64,000 bases of DNA, taken from the NCBI GenBank assembly GCA_963805855.1, contig CAWDVW010000007.1:288001-352000 (forward strand). The letters are read 5' to 3'. Of this stretch, positions 30,876 through 41,800 are shown piece after piece. The notes below the pieces were generated by a model, which had not been told where the DNA came from, did no database searches, and was given only the letters and a program-made list of their open reading frames with translations. Each line of letters starts with the position of its first letter. The first letter of the stretch is position 1. Both the position numbers and the translations under genes were made by a program. The stretch is from Candidatus Dadabacteria bacterium. Lineage in GTDB: Bacteria > Desulfobacterota_D > UBA1144 > Nemesobacterales > CSP1-2.

Positions 30876-32060
30876 ATGTCTAAGGCGAGATTTGAGAGGG
30901 GCAAGCCGCACTTAAACATAGGGACGGTGGGTCATGTGGACCATGGTAAGACGACATTGACGGCGGCGATAACGAAGGTATTGGAGAAGCAGGGCAGAGC
31001 GAAGTACGTGGAGTTTTCGGATATAGACAAGGCGCCGGAGGAGAAGGAGAGGGGGATAACGATAAACATAGCGCATGTGGAGTATGAGACGGAGAAGAGG
31101 CATTATGCGCATGTGGATTGTCCTGGGCATGCGGATTATGTAAAGAACATGATAACGGGAGCGGCGCAGATGGATGGGGCAATATTGGTGGTGAGTGCGC
31201 CGGATGGGCCGATGCCGCAGACAAGGGAGCACATATTGTTGGCGAGGCAGGTAGGGGTACCGTATATAGTAGTATGTTTGAACAAGGTGGACATGATGGA
31301 TGATGAGGAGTTATTGGATTTAGTGGAGTTGGAGGTAAGGGAGTTATTGGGGCAGTACGGGTTTCCTGGGGATGATGTACCGGTGGTGAGGGTGAGTGCG
31401 TTGAAGGCATTGGAGGGGGATGAGGGGGCGGAGAAGCAGGTAATAGAGTTAATGGAAGCGGTGGACAGTTATATACCGGAGCCCGTGAGGGAGATGGACA
31501 AGCCGTTTTTGATGGCGATAGAGGATGTGTTTACGATATCGGGTAGGGGCACGGTGGTAACGGGCAGGGTAGAGAGGGGGAAGATAAAGGCAGGAGACGA
31601 GGTTGAGATAGTGGGATTTAGTCCGACGAGGAAGACGGTGGCGACGAGTTTGGAGATGTTCAGGAAGATATTGGATGATGCGATAGCTGGGGACAACGTT
31701 GGGGTATTGTTGAGAGGGATAGGAAAGGAGGAGGTGGAGAGGGGGCAGGTGTTAGCGGCGCCTGGGAGTATAACGCCGCACAAGAGGCTAAATGCGGAGG
31801 TATATGTATTGAAGAAGGAGGAGGGGGGAAGGCACACACCGTTTTTCCCTGGGTACAGGCCGCAGTTTTATTTACGGACTACGGACGTAACTGGTTCGAT
31901 CAAGCTGCCTGAGGGGGTAGAGATGGTGATGCCTGGGGATAATATAAACATGGAGGTAGAGTTGATCTCGCCGGTGGCGATGGAGGAGCAGTTGAGGTTT
32001 GCGATAAGAGAGGGAGGAAGGACAGTGGGTGCCGGTGTTGTAACGAGTATTATTGAGTAG
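30876..32060 (+). CDS. tuf: elongation factor Tu
   Basis: [34 protein letters not shown] before ATG 30876. Confidence 0.99.
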   Translation: MSKARFERGKPHLNIGTVGHVDHGKTTLTAAITKVLEKQGRAKYVEFSDIDKAPEEKERGITINIAHVEYETEKRHYAHVDCPGHADYVKNMITGAAQMDGAILVVSAPDGPMPQTREHILLARQVGVPYIVVCLNKVDMMDDEELLDLVELEVRELLGQYGFPGDDVPVVRVSALKALEGDEGAEKQVIELMEAVDSYIPEPVREMDKPFLMAIEDVFTISGRGTVVTGRVERGKIKAGDEVEIVGFSPTRKTVATSLEMFRKILDDAIAGDNVGVLLRGIGKEEVERGQVLAAPGSITPHKRLNAEVYVLKKEEGGRHTPFFPGYRPQFYLRTTDVTGSIKLPEGVEMVMPGDNINMEVELISPVAMEEQLRFAIREGGRTVGAGVVTSIIE

Positions 32061-32071
32061 GGAGACATTAA

Positions 32072-32230
32072 ATGGGAGACAATACAGTAATTATCGCGCT
32101 CGCTTGCAGCGAATGTAAGAGAAAGAACTATACGACAAGAAAAAATAAGAGAAACCACCCTGACAAACTTGAATTTAAGAAGTACTGCAAGTGGTGCCGA
32201 AACCATACCCTTCATAAAGAGACTAAGTAG
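32072..32230 (+). CDS. rpmG: 50S ribosomal protein L33 (Zn-binding form), absent from the ORF track
   Basis: [52 protein letters not shown]. Confidence 0.95.
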   Translation: MGDNTVIIALACSECKRKNYTTRKNKRNHPDKLEFKKYCKWCRNHTLHKETK

Positions 32231-32237
32231 GAACTGA

Positions 32238-32630
32238 TCCCCAATCGGTCCACGTACTGATACCTGTTCGGGGGGCCGGGCCTTACAATCTGTGAAATTT
32301 GAGTTTTGGGGATTGGCATGTCTTTCGGGGCTGATCTCTGTGTCAGCTCTAGGTCCGTTCGGCAAGCCGACCCTGCATTCCATGCGGCAAAATGTCTTAT
32401 GTCATTTGACACAAAAAGGTCGTCATTTCGAACGAAGAGAGAAATCTTTCCTTGGCTTTTGTATTTACCGACTGAACTACAAGATCTCTCACAGCTCCTT
32501 CGCCTTGGCTCAGGAAGGGGTTCGAGATGGCAAATTGGCGATATCGACATAACAGGTGGTGAACCCTGAGGACATTAGGGGCACCGATCCCGGGTCGCTC
32601 GTTTGCCCATTTGGGGAAACGGCCGTACGA
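32238..32630. repeat. palindromic REP-like repeat cluster
   Basis: GGGGCTGATCTCTGTGTCAGCTCT hairpin; GTCATTTCGAACGAAGAGAGAAATCT (32422-32447, inverted near-copy of 20354-20379); GCCCATTTGGGGAAACGGCC (32605-32624). Confidence 0.65.
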
Positions 32631-32657
32631 AACAAAATCAAAAATTATAAATAACGC

Positions 32658-32687
32658 TTGACAATTAGCATCAAAAGGTGATATAAA
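32658..32687 (+). promoter_or_regulatory. sigma70 promoter of the inserted gene
   Basis: TTGACA (32658) - 18 bp - TGnTATAAA. Confidence 0.6.
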
Positions 32688-32722
32688 TTATGAAACTTCT
32701 TAGGGAGGATTTGAACTATAAA

Positions 32723-35088
32723 ATGGATAAAAACCCTGTGAAAAACCAAAGACTTAGAACGTTTCTTACACTAATTTCATTCTGCTGTTTTTTATTGTTT
32801 ACCACAAAAGCCCAAGCACTTGTTTATTGCGTTATTCCTAATCCAATGATGGGTAGTGGTTGTAGTGCGCCGTCTCTGCCACATGCACAGGTGGTAATAC
32901 TTGTGGTGCTCCCTGTAACACGGGTCCAAATGGAAACATATGCCCTACAATAGCTGATGCTCTTACTTGTATAGACAACGAACACTCCTGATGCTAACTG
33001 CAGAAATTAGGGTTGGTACGGGTACTCATACTGGGCCTGGCACTGCTAGCTCTATAGACAACACTGCGGCAGCCACTCAGGGTATTGACATACTTGGCGG
33101 TTTTGCCTCTAATTGCTTCGACAGGACTGATGATCCGATTGACCCGACAAATACTATTATCGAGGCTCCTATGCCTGGGGGTATGGGTGACAGGGTATTT
33201 CTTATTAATAATACTACAGCTAATCTCTCTGGAGGTAACATTCAAGGTCTTACAATTACCGGGGGAGATCCCACAGCAGCATGTGCCGCGTCTGGTAAAA
33301 CAGGAGGGGGAGTTTGTCTTACATCAAATCGGGTGATGGTGGGGTAATTTTACATCAAATTTTAACATATATGACAGCAATGATGCAGATGTTGGTGGCG
33401 GGATTGCTGTTATACCACAATCAAGAGGGCGATATCAATGCAACTTTTGAGCAGGATGTCATAACATTCAATGATGCTTTGAGCGGAGCAGGGTGGTGGT
33501 ATTTTCTTCTTGCGCGCCTGCGGGTGATACTGTCAACGCGTCAGTGAGCAAGACAGAAATAGGCAATAATACCGCTTTTACATTTGGGGGGGGAATTGCT
33601 TTATTTGGTGATGGAAATATAAACCTAGATCCAGTAGTCAACAATGTAATTCATAACAACATCGCTTTTGGACCAGAAGGTGGTGGGGCTGTTGCTGCAA
33701 CAACTGGCGGTGTTAGTTCTAACTACACTATAAAATTCGTAAATAATACAATATCCGACAATATGGCTGTTGGCGGTGCAGCGGCATTAGGCGGCGCGCT
33801 TTTCGTGGATAACACCGCTGGGGGTACGGTAAATTGGACGCTCCCAAATGATATCATAAAGTTTAATAGTAGCAGTGGTGACGGAGATCAGGTAGCTCTA
33901 ATGCCCACAATGAGTGGCGCAACTATGGCGATCCGTTTTTCCGATATCAGTCAAGGCGTAGGCAATACCGATATTGTTGGTTTTGGTGCAGGAGTTGGAT
34001 TTGTTAACTTAGTAGCAGCTAATGTTGATGCAGACCCACTATTTGTTGACCGGTTTAATGCCGATTATCATATCGAAGCCGATTCTCCGATCGCTGATGC
34101 CGGTACAAAAACTGCGATAGCAACGGTCGCTGGGGCGGAAGCGAACCCACCCTCGGAAGACTTTGATGGAGTGCCGAGGGATATATCGATAGGCGCTTTT
34201 GAGCCACCACCTTCGCCCACCCCGACTCCGACTGGATCACCAACACCGACACCGATCCCGTGTACAGCGGATGATGAATGTCCAGCGGGGGCTATCTGCG
34301 GTGACTTCGTAGATGATATGGGCGTATGTGTGGCTGGATGTACAGCAGACCATCCGTGCCCCGAGGGGGAGGTATGTGACCCTCCGGACGCTACGGATGT
34401 AGACCCGGGAGTGTGTGTGGTACCAACACCAACACCAACACCTACTCCTACACCCACTCCTACTCCAACTCCTCCGGTTTCACCAACCCCTACACCGATG
34501 CCAACAACACCACCAAATATGGAAACATTCCCGAATGCCAAGAACGGAAAGCTCGTGACCATAGAATCGGAAGAAGGTACGATTCTCTCCGATGTAAAAC
34601 CACTGTCAAAGAAGGTTCAGGGTTGCCCTGACGGGTTCAACGGCCAATTTCTTAGCTTCCTAGTAGGGTCTTATCAATATGTAGTTAGTGGAATCAATCC
34701 GGGGGATGAGACTACGGTTATAATCGATTTTCCACCGGGAACAATCATTAATTCATATTTTAAATTTGGACCCACGCCGGATAATCCGCAACCCCATTGT
34801 TATGAGTTCTTGTTTGATGGACAAACGGGGGCACAGATATTTGGAACTACCGCTGTCGTTCATCACATAGATGGAGCGCGTGGTGACGATGATCTGACTC
34901 CTAATGGTGTAATCGTGGATCCAGCCGGCCCGGCACTATTGAGTGACGAACCACCCAACACCTCAGGTAACGGATGTTCAATGGCTCAAACGGTTTCCTC
35001 TCAGACGGCACTACTTAATCTGTTAGTACCTCTGCTTCCGGCATTTGCCGTTGGACTGAGGGGCTTGAGACGAAAAAAGAAGAAGTAA
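32723..35088 (+). CDS. large surface protein (beta-helix-like repeats, choice-of-anchor Q- and U-like domains, PT linkers, GC-TM-basic C-terminal sorting signal); 5' part multiply frameshifted
   Basis: Signal ...TTKAQA; GGG-rich repeats across several frames 32870-33510; ADPLFVD..DYHI...SP..DAG..D.DG.PR..IGAFE; YFKFGPTPDN..PH.YEF.FDGQTGA..DG.RGDDDL..NG.IVDP.GP; GCSMA...TM...RRKKKK. Confidence 0.75.
34422..34515 (+). repeat. Pro-Thr linker repeat (coding)
   Basis: (PT)n encoded by CCAACA/CCTACT units; a second tract lies near 34205-34260. Confidence 0.85.
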
Positions 35089-35120
35089 TCTGGGCGCGTG
35101 CACATAAACATACCGCTTAT

Positions 35121-35249
35121 GGACTGATATCCAATCAGTCCGCGGCCCATATGGGAAACGGGTCGTCGTATAGGGCGTAAGACTAATATTCTGGGGACCG
35201 ATTCCGAATCATCCCTCATACAAATGCCCATCTGGGAAACTGGCACGAC
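35121..35249. repeat. repeat cluster downstream of the inserted gene
   Basis: GGACTGAT-ATCCA-ATCAGTCC hairpin; GCCCATATGGGAAACGGGTC (35145-35164); GGGGACCGATTCC (35193); GCCCATCTGGGAAACTGGC (35226-35244). Confidence 0.65.
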
Positions 35250-35301
35250 ATGATCAATTTGGAAATATGATTAAATATCTTACTAATTTGCCGATGAGTT
35301 C

Positions 35302-35330
35302 TTGACAGTTGTTTGAACATTAGTAATAAT
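35302..35330 (+). promoter_or_regulatory. probable sigma70 promoter for tRNA-Trp-secE-nusG
   Basis: TTGACA (35302) - 17 bp - AATAAT. Confidence 0.45.
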
Positions 35331-35544
35331 ATAAGGTTCAAGTTACTTATAGTGAGCGCCAATCTTAAATAGAAATTCTTGTGGGAAAAAATTCTCTTTG
35401 GTATAATTATATTGTTCAGTCATTATCGGTAATGTCGTTACCTCTTAATATTCTATCACAATACTTTACGGTCATCTAATTAGGAATACATTTGGAGAGT
35501 TTTTGATCTATTATATCATAGAAGCTACATATAAGGCGTGCGAA

Positions 35545-35618
35545 AGGGCAGTAGCTCAATTTGGTAGAGCACTGGACTCCAAATCCAGCGGTTGGGGGTT
35601 CGATTCCCTCCTGCCCTG
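35545..35618 (+). tRNA. tRNA-Trp(CCA)
   Basis: AGGGCAG/CTGCCCT stem, CTGGA-CTCCAAA-TCCAG; sits before secE; CCA end not encoded. Confidence 0.95.
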
Positions 35619-35636
35619 GATTGCCTAGGAATCATT

Positions 35637-35840
35637 ATGGAAAATCCAAGAGAATATTTAAATAAAGCGGTTGACTTTTTCAGTGACGTCGAAGTCGAAA
35701 GTAAGCGAGTAACGTGGCCCTCTTTAAAAGAAACGGTAAGATCCACTGGTGCAGTCGTATTGATCTCGGCAATTCTGGCGGCCTTTTTAGGTTTAGTGGA
35801 CTTTTTGTTTTCAATAGCAGTTAAATCTATCTTGAGCTGA
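35637..35840 (+). CDS. secE: preprotein translocase subunit SecE
   Basis: ESKRVTWPS..ET..ST..V, single TM; ATG 35637. Confidence 0.95.
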   Translation: MENPREYLNKAVDFFSDVEVESKRVTWPSLKETVRSTGAVVLISAILAAFLGLVDFLFSIAVKSILS

Positions 35841-35866
35841 TAAGGACGACGGAGAAAATAATTTTC

Positions 35867-36424
35867 ATGAAGAGTAGGTGGTATGTGGTTCATACAAATA
35901 CTGGTTTCGAAGACAGAGTGAAGACTTTGATCGAAGACAGGGCTAGGTCTGAAAGTCTTGGTGACTTAATAAATGAGGTGCTAATTCCCACTGAAACCAT
36001 AGTTGAACCGGTCAAAGGGGGGAAGAAGAAGACCTCTGTTAGAAAATTTTTCCCTGGATATATATTGGTAAAAATGGAACTCAACGATAGGAGCTGGCAT
36101 TTTATCAGGAGTATTCCGAAGGTAATAGGTTTTGTGGGGGGTAAATTAAGGGATGGGATGATTGATCCTGACTCGGTTCCTGCCATACAGGAAGATGAGG
36201 TTACGAAGATTAAACAGCAAATACGGGAAGGGACACTGAAGCCTAAGCCGAAAATTTCCTTTGAGAGAGGGGAAACGGTAAAAGTCATCGAGGGACCATT
36301 TGCAAACTTTACCGGTGTAACAGAGGAAGTAAACCCTGATAAGGGAAAGGTTCAGGTTCTTGTGACGATTTTCGGCAGAACTACGCCAATTGAACTAGAT
36401 TTCAATCAAGTGGAGAAAATATAG
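35867..36424 (+). CDS. nusG: transcription termination/antitermination factor NusG
   Basis: [19 protein letters not shown] domain GPFANF, IFGR.TP.EL. Confidence 0.97.
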   Translation: MKSRWYVVHTNTGFEDRVKTLIEDRARSESLGDLINEVLIPTETIVEPVKGGKKKTSVRKFFPGYILVKMELNDRSWHFIRSIPKVIGFVGGKLRDGMIDPDSVPAIQEDEVTKIKQQIREGTLKPKPKISFERGETVKVIEGPFANFTGVTEEVNPDKGKVQVLVTIFGRTTPIELDFNQVEKI

Positions 36425-36425
36425 T

Positions 36426-36842
36426 ATGAAGAAGGTGATAGGAGAAATTAAGCTCTTGATACCTGCAGGTAAAGCAACACCCTCGCCTCCGGTTGGTCCA
36501 GCGCTTGGACAGAGGGGGTTAAACATTATGGAGTTTTGTAAGGCGTTTAATGCACAAACCTCAAAGCTAAATGACTTGATACCGGTGATAGTAACGGTAT
36601 TTGCAGATAGGTCATTCACATTTGCTACTAAATCTCCGCCGGCATCCTATTTGCTGAAAAAAGCTGCAGGCATCGAAAAGGGCTCTGGTGAGGTTCCTCG
36701 TGTGAAGGCGGGTAAGATTACAAAAGATCAGATAAAAGAAATCGCGGCAAAAAAAATCGAAGATCTAAATACCGATGACATGGAAATGGCTGAACGGATA
36801 ATTGAAGGAACTGCTAGAAGCATGGGGATCGAAGTGGTTTGA
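36426..36842 (+). CDS. rplK: 50S ribosomal protein L11
   Basis: [27 protein letters not shown]. Confidence 0.98.
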   Translation: MKKVIGEIKLLIPAGKATPSPPVGPALGQRGLNIMEFCKAFNAQTSKLNDLIPVIVTVFADRSFTFATKSPPASYLLKKAAGIEKGSGEVPRVKAGKITKDQIKEIAAKKIEDLNTDDMEMAERIIEGTARSMGIEVV

Positions 36843-36925
36843 CACGATCCAGGATGCATGATGCATGATGCAGGATAACGAATAGAATTTTAATCATGAA
36901 TCGTGCATCGTGAATCTGGCATCAT
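36843..36925. repeat. inverted heptamer-repeat hairpin in the rplK-rplA spacer
   Basis: CACGATC CAGGATG CATGATG CATGATG CAGGATA ... AATCATG AATCGTG CATCGTG AATCTGG. Confidence 0.85.
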
Positions 36926-36943
36926 TTTTTAAATGGAGGGATA

Positions 36944-37666
36944 ATGGCAAGAGGCAAGAAGTATTTAAACGTTAGCAGTAAAGTTGATCTGGCGCATGCC
37001 TACAGTCTTAATGAGGCGCTGACTCTTTTAGAAGAGACGAAAACCGCGAAATTTGATGAGACTGTGGATATTGCTGTCAAACTTGGGATAGACCCGCGCC
37101 AGGCAAATCAGCAGGTTCGAGGAGCAATGGTACTACCTCACGGCATAGGTAAGAAAATCAGGGTCCTCGTATTTGCGACTGGTGAAAAGGTTACAGAGGC
37201 GGAGGAGGCTGGTGCAGATTATGTAGGGTCTGAGGAGCTGGTGAATAAGATCACTAAGGAAAATTGGCTGGACTTTGATGTTGCAGTTGCTACGCCTGAC
37301 GTAATGAGCTTAGTCGGGAAGCTAGGTAAGATACTCGGTCCTAGAGGACTGATGCCTAGCCCGAAGGTCGGCACCGTTACGTTTGATGTTGCTAAAATGG
37401 TTAAAGAGGCAAAAACAGGGAGGATCGAGTTTAAAAACGATAAGGGCGGTGTAGTTCATGTTCCAATCGGAAAGATATCTTTTGGCCAAGACAAGTTAAG
37501 GGATAATCTCCTTGTGTTTATGGATAACTTAACAAAGATGAAACCCTTGTCATCAAAAGGCGCATTCATAAGAAAGGTGGTAGTCTCAAATACGATGGGG
37601 CCTGGGATTAAGGTTGATATTGTTAGTATTCGTGAGGCGTTAAAGGGGTTCGAAATTGCGGCTTAG
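36944..37666 (+). CDS. rplA: 50S ribosomal protein L1
   Basis: [25 protein letters not shown]. Confidence 0.98.
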   Translation: MARGKKYLNVSSKVDLAHAYSLNEALTLLEETKTAKFDETVDIAVKLGIDPRQANQQVRGAMVLPHGIGKKIRVLVFATGEKVTEAEEAGADYVGSEELVNKITKENWLDFDVAVATPDVMSLVGKLGKILGPRGLMPSPKVGTVTFDVAKMVKEAKTGRIEFKNDKGGVVHVPIGKISFGQDKLRDNLLVFMDNLTKMKPLSSKGAFIRKVVVSNTMGPGIKVDIVSIREALKGFEIAA

Positions 37667-37749
37667 AGTTGATAATTATTATATTAATTGTCGCTTTGGT
37701 GGAAAGCTTTTTCTAACATGGTTATTTAAGTTAAATCAGGGAGTTTGAT

Positions 37750-38289
37750 ATGTTGAATAAAGCCTTGAAGCAGGAATTAGTACGAGAAATTAACGACCGG
37801 TTTAAAGCTCGTCCTACCGTTATGGTCATTGAGTATAAGGGGCTTAGTGTAAAGGAAATGCAGGGTCTTAGAAAGCAGCTTAAAAAGGCAAAGGCAGAAT
37901 TAAGGGTAGTTAAGAACTCGCTTCTTAGGATAGCTTCTAAAGAGACCGGGATTGAAATGATAAACGACCTTTTTGACGGTCCGACGGCAGTTGCCATTTG
38001 TGATGATGATCCGGCACCTGTTGCAAAAGTATTCGTTGATTCAATGAAGGCATACCCTGCAGTGCGGCTTAAGGGCGGGATAGTCGATGGCAAAGTGGTT
38101 GGATCTGAGGAGGTCACGAGATTATCCAGACTTCCGTCAAAAGAGGTCTTATTGTCTCAATTTGTCGGTATGCTTTCCAATCCGATTGCAAATTTCATCG
38201 GTGTACTTACGGAGCTTCAGAGAAGTTTACTGTATGTGCTTAATTCTTTGAAGGAATTAAAAGAGAAAGACGAGAAAGAAAAAGGATAG
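37750..38289 (+). CDS. rplJ: 50S ribosomal protein L10
   Basis: EYKGLSV, VVKNSL, GPTAVA, LPSKE. Confidence 0.95.
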   Translation: MLNKALKQELVREINDRFKARPTVMVIEYKGLSVKEMQGLRKQLKKAKAELRVVKNSLLRIASKETGIEMINDLFDGPTAVAICDDDPAPVAKVFVDSMKAYPAVRLKGGIVDGKVVGSEEVTRLSRLPSKEVLLSQFVGMLSNPIANFIGVLTELQRSLLYVLNSLKELKEKDEKEKG

Positions 38290-38341
38290 TATAAGATATC
38301 AAGGTTTAAATCTTTAGATTAAACAAGGAGGACGTAAAAAA

Positions 38342-38737
38342 ATGGCAGAGATTACAAGAGCCGACGTGATTTCGTACCTCGAGGGTGCGAGCATGCTAGA
38401 GATCTCGGATTTAATTAAAGAGGTTGAAGAGAAGTTTGGTGTAAAAGCTGCGGCCCCTCAGATCTCAATGGCACCCGTAGGCGTTGCCGCGGCTGGAGCT
38501 GAAAGTGCACCTGCGGAAGCTGAGAAGACCGAGTTTAACGTAATATTGAAGGCGATAGGCGAAAATAAAATTCAGGTTATCAAAGCGGTTAGGGAAGTAA
38601 CTTCCCTCGGTCTGAAAGAGGCAAAAGAGCTCGTTGAAGGGGCTCCAAAGACAGTAAAAGAAGGCGAGAAGAAAGAAAATGCGGAAGCGATCAAGAAGAA
38701 ACTCGAAGAAGCAGGGGCTACTGTAGAGATTGATTGA
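38342..38737 (+). CDS. rplL: 50S ribosomal protein L7/L12
   Basis: [27 protein letters not shown]. Confidence 0.98.
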   Translation: MAEITRADVISYLEGASMLEISDLIKEVEEKFGVKAAAPQISMAPVGVAAAGAESAPAEAEKTEFNVILKAIGENKIQVIKAVREVTSLGLKEAKELVEGAPKTVKEGEKKENAEAIKKKLEEAGATVEID

Positions 38738-38841
38738 TCACGAGGTTCTCGAACGAGTGAAATCAAGGGTTTTGATTTCTATTTCAAAAACATTGCCAAT
38801 TCACCGAGCGTAAGAATTGGCATGTAACAGGGGGTTTCAAG

Positions 38842-41800
38842 GTGAGTAATAATGGACAAGGCATGTTTAGGATGAGAAAAAGTTTTGCAAAGATCTCTCG
38901 GGTTCTGGAGATACCTCACCTGCTGGATGTGCAGATAAAATCGTATAACGATTTTCTTCAAGCAGATATAAAACCTGACGATCGACTGGATATTGGCCTA
39001 CACCACGCATTTAGTATTTCATTTCCTATTGAGGATTATAATGGTAAAGCATCTCTGGAGTATGTGGGCTATAGGATCGATAAGCCTAAGTATGAAGAAA
39101 GCGAGTGCAGGCTTAAGGGTTACACTTTTGTTGTACCACTTTATGTTACCTTTCGACTTGTAATATGGGATACGCCGTCGGAGGGCAATCCTGAGAGAAC
39201 AATCAGGGATGTTAAGGAGCAGGAGGTTTATTTTGGCGAGATCCCGCTCATGACGGCGAGCGGTGCATTTATTATAAACGGTACGGAAAGGGTCATAGTA
39301 AATCAACTGCATCGGTCTCCGGGCGTGTTCTTTGATCAGGTTAAGAAAGACCTGACCTCGGGAAGGGTGTCATTCACTGCAAGGATTGTTCCTCAAGATG
39401 GCAGATGGCTGGACTTTGAGTTTGATTCAAAGGAAATTCTTCACGTTAGGATTGACAGGAAGAAGAAGTTTCATGTCACGGTACTTTTGAAGGCACTTGG
39501 GCTTAATGCGAAGCAAATAATGAACTATTATTATCCAGTAGAAACAGTTTATTTTGACTCTGATGGGTTAAAAAAGAGTATGGATCCTGATGTTCTTGCT
39601 TTTCAGAGGGCGAGCTCGGATATCATCGACTTAAAAACAAAAGAGGTAATTGTCAGAAAGGGTAGAAGATTTGTTCCGAATCTAATAGAGAAGATTAAAA
39701 AAGCAAGAATAGAGCGCATCTCTATTCAGGAAAGCGAATTGATAGGTAGGCCATTTGCCGAGGATGTTGTGGATGAAGAGACGGGTGAGGTATTGGTCAA
39801 TTTTAATGAAGAAATAACAGAGGAAAGTTTGAAGACTTTGAAAGAGAAGGGCATAAAAGAAATAAAGACCTTCTATATTGATAACATCTCGGTAGTCGGT
39901 TCAATTAGGAGCACACTATCAGCGGATAAAGTAGAAACTAAAGAGGACGCAATCACCGAAATATACAAGAAGTTCAGACCCACCGATCCTCCGACGCCTC
40001 AGGTGGCGGAAAACTTCTTTAACAATATGTTCTCTAACATAGATACCTACAGGCTATCTCAGGTAGGCCGACTCAAAATAAACTACAAGCTCAATCACGG
40101 AGTACCTGACGATGTTCTGACCTTGAAGGAAGAGGATATCTTGGAAACAGTTAGGTATTTACTTAACCTGCGAGGAGGAAGGGGTTCGACCGATGATATA
40201 GACCATTTAGGTAACAGGAGGGTGCGGACGGTAGGGGAATTAATTCAGGATCGATTTTATGCAGGGCTTGAAAGGCTTGGTAGATCGGTAAGAGAAAAGA
40301 TGGGCTACCAGGCGATAGAAAATCTCATGCCCAGTGAGCTTTTAATTCCGAAAACCGTCATCACTGTTGTAAAGGAGTTTTTCGCTACCGGTCAGCTCTC
40401 TCAATTCATGGATCAAACAAATCCACTGTCTGAGATCACTCATAAGAGAAGGCTGAGTGCACTCGGGCCTGGCGGTCTTACACGCGAAAGGGCAGGATTT
40501 GAGGTACGGGACGTGCATTCATCACATTACGGAAGAATTTGTCCGATTGAAACCCCTGAAGGGCCTAACATAGGACTAATATCGAGCCTGGGGACATACG
40601 CAAAGATAAATGAATTTGGATTCATACAGACACCATACAGGGTATTGAAGAACGGGAAGGTCACGAATGAGATTGTTTACTTGAATGCCTTAGAAGAAGA
40701 GAAATATATAATTGCCCAGGCGAATGCCCCCTTGGATGACGAGGGCCGGTTAGCATTGGACTTGGTTTCAGCTCGTCACAGGGGTGAATTTCTCATGATT
40801 GAACGTGATAAAGTTCAACTTATGGATGTGTCACCGACTCAGCTAGTTTCTGTGTCTGCGTCATTAATACCGTTCCTAGAGCACGATGATGCGAACCGGG
40901 CTCTTATGGGTTCGAACATGCAGAGGCAGGCTGTTCCGCTGCTTCGCACTTCTTCCCCCATCGTCGGCACCGGTTTTGAGGGTACAGTGGCAAAGGATTC
41001 TGGCGTAACTGTGGTTGCTAAGAGGGACGGAATTGTTGAGTATGTGGATGCCGCACGCATAGTTGTACGGGCTACTAGTAATGAGGGCGAAGACGGCGGC
41101 GTCGATATCTACAATCTCGTTAAATTCCAAAAGTCTAATCAAAATACATGTTGGAATCAGAGGCAGATCGTTAAAAAAGGGGGCAATGTTGCTAAGGGTG
41201 ATGTGATTGCTGATGGTCCGTCCACTGATTTCGGAGAACTTGCGCTGGGACAGAATGTTTTGGTTGCATTTATGCCATGGGGTGGATACAACTTTGAGGA
41301 TGCGATCCTTATTAGCGAGAGGCTTGTTAAAGAAGATAGGTTTACATCTATTCATATTGAAGAGTTTGAATGTATAGCCAGAGAAACCAAGCTGGGGCGC
41401 GAGGAAATTACCAGGGACATACCTAATGCAGGTGATGAAGCATTAAGAAATTTGGATGAAAGTGGAATTATTAGAATAGGTGCTGAGGTAAAGCCCGGGG
41501 ATATATTAGTGGGGAAGATTTCGCCAAAGGGCGAAACGCAGCTATCACCTGAGGAGAGATTATTGAGGGCTATCTTCGGAGATAAAGCGGGAGATGTGAA
41601 AGATACCTCGCTGAGGGCGTCGCCAGGGGTTACGGGTACCGTAATTGATGTAAAGATGCTTTTATCCAGGATAGTCGATAAGGATGAACGTGCCAAGAGC
41701 ATTGAGGATCTTGAGATTACAAAGCTCAAGCAGGATAAAGATGATGAGATAAGAATATTAAAAGAGGATGCTTTTCAGCGGATCAAGGAATTGCTTGTTG

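Noticed and set aside
30880-31410. Pro/His/Ser-rich antisense ORFs inside tuf
   Set aside because: By-product of the G/A-rich sense strand.
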